Assembly (NCBI RefSeq): GCF_006345805.1
Contig: NC_043005.1
Location: 52,390,001 to 52,454,000 of the forward strand
Direction: 5' to 3'
DNA: 64,000 nucleotides
Source: Octopus sinensis
Taxonomy: Eukaryota
Part shown: piece by piece, positions 55,659-64,000 of the stretch
Layout: the number at the start of each line of letters is the position of its first letter
How positions within the stretch are numbered: the first letter of the stretch is position 1
The notes under the pieces: model-generated
Database searches by the model: none
What the model saw: only the letters and a program-made list of their open reading frames with translations
Told to the model about the DNA's origin: nothing
Program-made: the position numbers and the translations under genes

Positions 55659-55789
55659 TATATATATTTATATGTGTATATATATATTTGTGTGAGTGTG
55701 TGAGTGTTTGTGTGCGTATCTATATGTGTACATTATATATATATATATGTGTGTGTGTGTATGTATGTATATATGTATGTATATATTTA

Positions 55790-55886
55790 ACAGTCCCACT
55801 GCGTGGCACCTTGAGTTAATCTCTTTTACTATAGACCAACACCATGTGAGTGAATTTGGTAAACAGAAATTGAAAGAAGCCCGTCG

Positions 55887-55918
<32 letters not shown>

Positions 55919-56488
55919 AGGTCGCTTTCGAGTGCTACTGGTAACATGTAACCCAGTACAACCTGTTGCATGGCCGGGTCGTCGGCGACTAAACCGGCAA
56001 CCCCACCAAGCTTGCTTGGTGAGGAGGGTGTTTATTGGACACCTTGCGGGATGAAAAACAAAACCCGGCAAAGGGCGGAGGAACACTTGAGAGTCAACGG
56101 CTACTCAATAAATGTCTTAAGGCTTTATCATGCGCGGGGACATAGAAATAATCGGACTGAATACCCGATCGCGCGCTTAAACCACTGGGAGTGAAGGACT
56201 CCTAGCCTTTGTTAGGGCATCCTTCTAGGAGAGGGTAACTCAGATAACGGGGAAAACTCCGACATAAAACCTGTGGCTCAGTGGTTACCGATGATGTTGA
56301 CTTGTTCTTCTCTTCGGATTATGGCTGCTGTTGCTTAGTGAGTGGGATTGACTCACTAAGATTGACTGTGGGATTGCACAGTCTTTCCTCCCTTCAAAAA
56401 AAATCTTGTTGCACAGGCATTGCACGATAACAAACAACGTTGATTAAGCTTTGTGCAATGGCCATACTCGATAACGAGGGGGCAGCCA

Positions 56489-56524
<36 letters not shown>

Positions 56525-56790
56525 GTGCATATATATATGTCTTTGTGTGGACATATACACACACATACATATGATTGTGTGTCTGTGCTTGTCTCTCCAC
56601 CATCGCGTGACAACCGATGTTGGCGTGTTTACGTCCTCAAAATTGAGCGGTGGGCAAAAGATACCGATGGAATGAGATCTATGCTTACAAAAAAAAGTCC
56701 TGGGGTCGATTTGTTTCTCTAAAGGCGGTGATCCAGCATTGCCGCCGGCTGCAGTCAAATTATTGAAACCAGTAGAAGGATAAAGAATAA
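55790..56790 (+). mobile_element. SINE family 2 split by a 575-bp insertion in its (TA)n
   Basis: ...GAAAGAAGCCCGTCG(TA)n on the left; (TA)n...CATCGCGTGACAACCG...GGCGGTGATCCAGCAT on the right. Confidence 0.85.
55916..56490 (+). mobile_element. GC-rich, hairpin-rich non-coding insert in (TA)n; possibly RTE 5'-UTR-derived
   Basis: Sharp (TA)n boundaries on both sides; CTAGGAGAGGGTAACTC...GGAAAACTCC...TAAAACC recalls RTE leaders (from memory, not searched). Confidence 0.55.
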
Positions 56791-56824
56791 ATGAATACAT
56801 ACATATATATATGTATAATTATAT

Positions 56825-56867
<43 letters not shown>

Positions 56868-57375
56868 ATATATATTATATATATATATATATATTATATA
56901 TATATATCATATCACTCTCTCACTCTGTGAGAGTCTCAATTCAAGTCGCACGTGTCTTGAATGGGTTGGAGTATTTCTAATTTGGATGTATTTGGGGTAC
57001 TTAGTTGTGCTCATGACTTGTGTTTTGCTTCTTCCATGGGTATGAGTAAGTATCTCATTTATTTGTTTGCCACATTTATCAATGACGAAGGGAGGGTTCT
57101 TACGAACTAACCCTGAAATCGGTTCGATATGGTAATAATGGAATTTTATAGAAATTTCTGTCGGCTTTTTTTCGAGTAGCGTGCGTATTGTGAAAAATTA
57201 TATGGTAATGGACAATATGTCCAATTTTCGGCATATTTGGCACTAGAAATGTTTTCGTTTGCCCTTATTTATAAGTTGTTTATAATTATAACCTTTAAAG
57301 GTATTTTTTAATATACTGGCCATTGATAAAATTTTATATATATGTATATTACTGCATAGATACACACAGAGGCAC

Positions 57376-57417
<42 letters not shown>

Positions 57418-58158
57418 TTATGTGTATAGATTCCAAAGAGGAGGGAGAAAGTGCGATGGAATGATGAGGAGGGCTGAACTGTTAAATGAGTATGTAAGCC
57501 ATTGTCCTATTCCTTTAAGTTTGGTTATCCACGAGGAAATTTGTTGAAATTTCGAAGGAAAGTCTTCATTACGTTTGACAACAACGTGAGTTGTGCTTGA
57601 ATACTTGTTTACATGAAGGAATACTGCTAAGGGCGCAAATCAAAATGACATGAAGCCAACTGTAATGTATAAATATCGCTGTCACTGTCTTCCTCTCTTA
57701 CGTTCTCCATCTCTGTTGGTAAACATGTATGCATATGTATCTATAGGTACCTTAATGTATGTATGTGTGTGTGTATATACAAATATATTTATATATATAC
57801 AGAGAGAGAGAGAGAGTGCCAAGGAAAATGACCCTTATATTTGAATACTATGCAAATATTCTTTTAAAAAACTCTTCGTTTAATTTTTCCAAACTTTAAT
57901 TGTTTTTCATACTTAGAATTGAAAAAGTCTCAATGATTCAGACCGATACTAAAATGTTATTTATGATAAAATTATTCTAGCATTTTCTACCTTGATTTCT
58001 TTTCCTCATATATATATATATATATATATATCTATATATATATATATTTATTTATTTATACACACACAATGTATATATATATATGTAAATAAATATGCAT
58101 TTATAATGTATATCCGTACATGCATAAATACTTATAGAGTTACGATAAACATAGACAA

Positions 58159-58201
<43 letters not shown>

Positions 58202-58526
58202 TTGTGAGCATGTGTGCGTGCGCTTGTGCGTATGTCTGTGTATTTGTGTTTGTATGTTCATATTTCTGCATATATAATTATATAAAATGTATGTTTATGT
58301 ATATATATATATATATATATATATGAGTGTGTGTGTGTGTGTATCTTGTATAATATTGACATGGAAACACATAAAATGCGCGCACACATACAGACACGCA
58401 GACACACAAACTCACACATGCTCATATTCTTTCTTTGTTTCTTTTTTCTTTCTCTCTCCTCTCTGTCTCTGTGTCTATCTCTCTATTTCGTTCTCTCTCA
58501 GATTCACAAATCTGTAACAATTATGC

Positions 58527-58558
<32 letters not shown>

Positions 58559-58561
<3 letters not shown>

Positions 58562-59321
58562 CTAATCTTCTAATATTCTTGTATTCATATATTCTTCGGC
58601 ATGCATTTCTTTCGTTTTAGGAATAACGAAAGGTTACATCAACTAAGTTGACCCAACTCCCTTTAAAATATTATTCGGACGTCGAGTTTACGGAGGAAGG
58701 TCATGCATTGCTAATGTCGAATGTCACTCAAAGAGAGCGCCAGTTATATTGATGTGGGCGTTCTTGACAAGATGGCTACCCCCCACTATTGAAACACAAG
58801 CACATCTGCAAGTCAACTCTAAAAGTATAGCTTACATAGAAGTCGTTTGATTTCTCTTTTTATATATATCATTTCCAATTACCTTTTTCTTTACACACAA
58901 CTGCGTACACAGCTGCATGCTTTGTTGAGTTCAGATGAAAGACAGGCTTGTCTAAAACTGCGGCTCACTTAACGCTCATCGACATTGACTAACATTTAAA
59001 GACATATGTATGTGTGTTAGCGAATATGTATGTCTGTGTGCATATTGCTGTTAATATGTACGTAAATATGCGTGTGTTTATGCGCACACATATATATATG
59101 CAGGTAATTGTCTTGTATTCTATAGGTTTATGAACATTTACAAGCACAAATATACGCACCTATATATGAATGTGCATACAAAGACATATAAATATTATAT
59201 ATAATTTGTGCCCCCGCGCGCTTGCGTTTATATTTACACGCGCACGCCTAGCACAACTGCAACCATACACACATATTGGGTATTTGTATGTTTGCCAGCT
59301 TATTTCATTGTTTATCTCTCT

Positions 59322-59356
<35 letters not shown>

Positions 59357-60241
59357 CTGCCTATCTATACCACATATACAGAAAGTAAGTGAGAGAGAGA
59401 GGTAATAGTGTGTGTGTATAGACATTGTATATCATACAATGTATGTGTGTGTTAATATATATATATATATATATATAATATATATATATATATTACTAAT
59501 CTTTAATATTCTTGTATCATGATTCTTCGGCATGCATTTCTTTCGTTTTGGAATAACGAAAGGTTACATCAACTAAGTTGACCCAACTCCCTTTAAAATT
59601 ATTCGGACGTCGAGTTTACGGAGGAAGGTCATGCATTGCTAATGTCGAATGTCACTCAAAGAGAGCGCCAGTTATATTGATGTGGGCGTTCTTGACAAGA
59701 TGGCTACCCCCCACTATTGAAACACAAGCACATCTGCAAGTCAACTCTAAAAGTATAGCTTACATAGAAGTCGTTTGATTTCTCTTTTTATATATATCAT
59801 TTCCAATTACCTTTTTCTTTACACACAACTGCGTACACAGCTGCATGCTTTGTTGAGTTCAGAATGAAAGACAGGCTTGTCTAAAACTGCGGCTCACTTA
59901 ACGCTCATCGACATTGACTAACATTTAAAGACATATGTATGTGTGTTAGCGAATATGTATGTCTGTGTGCATATTGCTGTTAATATGTACGTAAATATGC
60001 GTGTGTTTATGCGCACACATATATATATGCAGGTAATTGTCTTGTATTCTATAGGTTTATGAACATTTACAAGCACAAATATACGCACCTATATATGAAT
60101 GTGCATACAAGAAGACATATATATATATATATTTGTGCCCGCGCGCTTGCGTTTATATTTAACACGCGCACGCACTAGCACAACTGCAACCATACACACA
60201 TATTGGGTATTTGTATGTTTGCCAGCTTATTTCATTGTTTA

Positions 60242-60284
<43 letters not shown>

Positions 60285-60387
60285 CTGCCTATCTATACAC
60301 ACATATACAGAAAGATGTAGAGTGAGAGAGAGAGGTAATAGTGTGTGTGTATAGACATTGTATATCATACAAATGTATGTGTGTGTA

Positions 60388-60390
<3 letters not shown>
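58559..60390. repeat. Near-identical tandem duplication, 934-bp period (possible assembly artefact)
   Basis: TTACTAAT...GTATGTGTGTG at 58559 and 59493; differences are mostly 1-3 nt indels. Confidence 0.9.
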
Positions 60391-60433
<43 letters not shown>

Positions 60434-61026
60434 CATTTGTATGGTATACAAAGTATATACATTCACACTCTTATCTGTCTCTCTCACTCTCACTCTCTCT
60501 CTCATAAAATGTATATATATATGTTTAGATAGATAGATAGATAATTAGATATATATATATAGACAGATAAATAGATAGGTAGACAAACACATAAAAAGAT
60601 ATAGACAGACAGAGAGTCAGACATAGATGTGTAGAGAGACAGGTAGATAGACAGATATACAGATATTTACATAGATAAATAGATAGATAGATAGTTAGAT
60701 AAATAGATAAATACATACATAGGTAGATAGATAGATATGCATGTATATTTTAGAGATTTGTGTGACTACATTTCTCTTTTATGAATACATGTACATTAGC
60801 TTGTTTTTAAGCGTCAATTTACGGTAATATATACGTACACACGCACGCACATATACATATACATATACACGAACACACGCATTTGCACACACATACATAC
60901 GCACATTCGTACACACACACATATATATATATACAAATATACATACTTATGTACATTCATATATGTATATAAATTTATATACATGTATATAAGTATGTAT
61001 GTATATATGTATCATGTACATATATC

Positions 61027-61062
<36 letters not shown>

Positions 61063-62859
61063 ATATATATACAATATAATATAATATAATATATACATAT
61101 ATAATATATGTGTTGTGTTGTGTATGTATAATATATATTATGTGTGTGTGTGGTATGTATAATATATATAGATGTGTGTGTGTGTATGTATATATAATAT
61201 ATATATATAGATGTGCGTGTGTGTATATATATATATATTTATATACACACGCGCGATCTCACATAAATATCCTTTTATTCATGTAATAAGTATTACTCCC
61301 TAATCGATCACTCACCGACCATGAACAACAAAACTTAGATGTCAGCTATAATAGTAACAATCGGAGGTGCTAAAGGACCATGTATTTAATACTGGAAATG
61401 AAAGTAAGACGTGGTAATGAAATAGCGTAAGATCTCTAAGTCCAAGCAAAACAATAACCACTCTGCAGCCATTAACTGTGGTCAGTAGCAATAACATGAT
61501 AGAAAGAAACCTACGTTAACACGTATAAATCGAATAAATGGGCAATATCTTAGAAGACAGTCTAACGGACGTGTGGATGTCGAGGTTTGTGGGAGATAAG
61601 TCGAGGAAGTAGAGTAGACTATAAAGAAAGTAAAAGAAACATTATGAGGAATTATCGTTAAAAAAAAATCCGGCTTAAAAAGGAGAAATAAAACGCTTAA
61701 GTGGGGTCAAAAGTGTAAAGCCTTTACGGGGAAAAAAATTATAGAGGAAAATAAACGATAAACAAATGAGAGAGTAAGTGTTAAGGAGAAAACCGCTAGG
61801 TGATAGGAAATTTGAGGAAGAGATAGGGAATAAAATGATATTGACGTTAGAAAACAGGCGTACAAGGCCGGAAATTCAAAACACTAAAATTGCTGACCAA
61901 TTTTATAACATTTTCTCTTGTATCACACAACGGCAGTAGGAGAGAATACAGAGAATTAGAGGGTTTCGAAAGGAGATAATTCTGGAACAAAATGGCGGTT
62001 TTCGTATTGGCTGTGGTTGGAAAGTTGGAATTATATTCCGTTATGAAATTACGATGAATTAGAATATAAATTTCTAAATAAAATCTGCCCTCCAACCCTT
62101 AAGGTAAATGTCCTTTCATAAACGAATTTAGTGACTATAGCTATATAACGAAGAGAAAAGAAGGAAAATGCCACTTAATTATAATATAGTAATTGTAATT
62201 ATTGCCTTCGTTCATTTGGAACGTATTTGTTTAATCGCCAAAGCACTCAAACATTACATTATCATCTTTATATTATTACTGCTGTCTCTTTCGATCTATT
62301 CTCACTTTTTTCTCTTATAAATACATATACACAAACACAGACATAGACATACACACACACATACATATATACGCATATATAATACCTATTCATATACGTA
62401 ACACACACATACACACACACGTAACTATACAGCGTATTGTCATGTGTTGTTAAAGTGTTCTATAGGATGTTTTATGATAAGTTTCCTGACTCACTGCGTT
62501 CTGAGTTCGAATACGGCCCAAATTAACTTTGTCGTTATAGATTTCATGTTTCAATATATGCAAAATGCAGTGGATGGGCGGGGTTTTCTGAGTTCAAATC
62601 ACAAAAGCATTCGCTGACAAAAAGAAAATTTGCTTTATTTTAAGTTGTTCTAGTCTACGATTCTAAAATAACTATGTCAGAAATTATCATACAACGTTTT
62701 CTCTTTCCATCTTCCTTTAGATCAAGTTTGGGCAGGCCCCCGAGCTTCAATACGTCTGTTTGCGCCGAAATAGGTACCTAAACCAATTACCAAAAGTACA
62801 GTTCATGCTGCAAAGATATATATATTATATAAGTACATATATATATATATATATATATA

Positions 62860-63992
62860 AGAGGTAAATTAAAAAAATTATCGCACTTGCTCCACAACAT
62901 ATCATCATTATTCTTGATACACTGCTTTCTCTGCATGCGTACTTATAGTTAGTAATATTGTGGTCACCTGATCGAATTTTGAACCTGATCGTGTCATTTT
63001 CTTCCTCCTTTACAGTGTAACCATGGCCTCTTCACTAGCAATGTGCACCATAGACGAAATAAGAGCAATGAACCGATTTCCCTGGAAAAGGGGTGTATGA
63101 TCAACAGTGCAAGATACGTGCTTTGCTGGCCAACAAACTGAAGCCAGCTATTCGCACCAAACGCCGAAGCCTGTTGTCGAAGACAGTTTTGTTGTTGCAT
63201 GACAATGCACACTCAGAAACGGCCGCCAAGACCCTTGAAACCAGTAGCGTAAATAGAGAGAGGTCAAAAGGGGCACGTGTCCCGGGCGCCGTTTGAAGGC
63301 GGGCGGCTCATCAAAATCAAGAAAGATGAGTCTTTAAGCAATTGTATTTTGTTTATTACATTTCATTTCACACATTAAGCTTTTTAGTGTTTCAACTGAG
63401 GAAGCTGATGCATTAAACGGTTAAAATAAGGGGGTTTCGGAAAAGTAAACACCCAAAAATTTGTTTTCAATTACAGGTTGTACCCAAACGACCGGCTAAA
63501 TGAACCCTGGTAAAATATTTATTCGTAAAATTTTGCTTCAAAACATTAATTACTTGTAACAAATAAGTACTATATAATATCGTGGATTTTGTGATGGTGT
63601 GGGGGCGAATTGTTGCAGCTTGCTCCGAGTATGGTTTACCCTAACTACCCCACTAGTTGACACCATTCACCAATTGGGTTGCAGGGGCTGGAACACTCTG
63701 CGTACTGCTCGCTCTCTCCCCTTGCGACTATTATATATTCGGACTGCTCAGAGATGGTTTACGAGGTCATCGATCTCCTAGGGATGAAGATGTGAAGGAA
63801 GTGGTGCAGAAATGGTTGCACGAACAACACAAAGCCCTTCTTCTTGGAGGGAATACGTAAGTCTCGTGGCCTGCTGGATCAAGTGCACTGGGAAGGAAGG
63901 AGACTATATAGATAAATGACGTAATTTATCCCCTGCTTTTGTGTAAATATATTGAAAAAAGAAGAGTGAGCATAATTTTTATCTCTCCCTCG
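62860..63992 (+). mobile_element. Internally deleted mariner element in (TA)n
   Basis: Degenerate TIRs with TA flanks; IRTKRRSLLSKTVLLLHDNA...TIHQLG...DYYIFGLL...EDVKEVVQKWLHEQ. Confidence 0.85.
63242..63655. mobile_element. hAT-type MITE nested in the mariner ORF
   Basis: Ends CAGTAGCGTAAATAG / reverse TAGTGGGGTAGTTAG; 8-bp TSD CTTGAAAC vs GTTGACAC (6/8). Confidence 0.75.
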
Positions 63993-64000
63993 TATATATA

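Noticed and set aside
56160-56280. HDV-like ribozyme in the 575-bp insert
   Set aside because: Could not assign P1.1 (no CC in L3) or J4/2 in the required order
61290-62095. Possible decayed CR1-like endonuclease region (minus strand)
   Set aside because: Similarity limited to one short patch; not supportable by eye

Overview
AT-rich eukaryotic genomic DNA dominated by microsatellites and transposable elements. The SINE repertoire resembles that of Octopus (inference from recalled repeat families, not a database search). No complete protein-coding gene, rRNA, true tRNA gene or CRISPR array is supported, and almost all ORF-track entries are translated microsatellites. Main content: (1) a nested Penelope-like element (PLE) locus at ~29.1-35.4 kb, with a 5'-truncated Naiad-type RT + GIY-YIG ORF carrying one frameshift, a ~3 kb structured 3' region and a minimal hammerhead ribozyme whose predicted cleavage site coincides with the end of a perfect 103-bp inverted repeat; (2) at least five hammerhead-ribozyme motifs, three of them in a short microsatellite-embedded family with an extra core A and covarying stem I; (3) several microsatellite-associated retroelements (Dong/R4-type fragments, a ~550-bp (AAT)n-targeted non-autonomous family, a (TACA)n-associated RLE LINE, a structured 575-bp insert in (TA)n); (4) mariner/Tc1, hAT and Ginger-like DNA elements, many tRNA-derived SINEs and decayed CR1-type LINE pieces; (5) weak candidate exons of a minus-strand host gene. 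All alignments and folds were done by eye. Boundaries of decayed repeats are approximate (about 10-20 nt).
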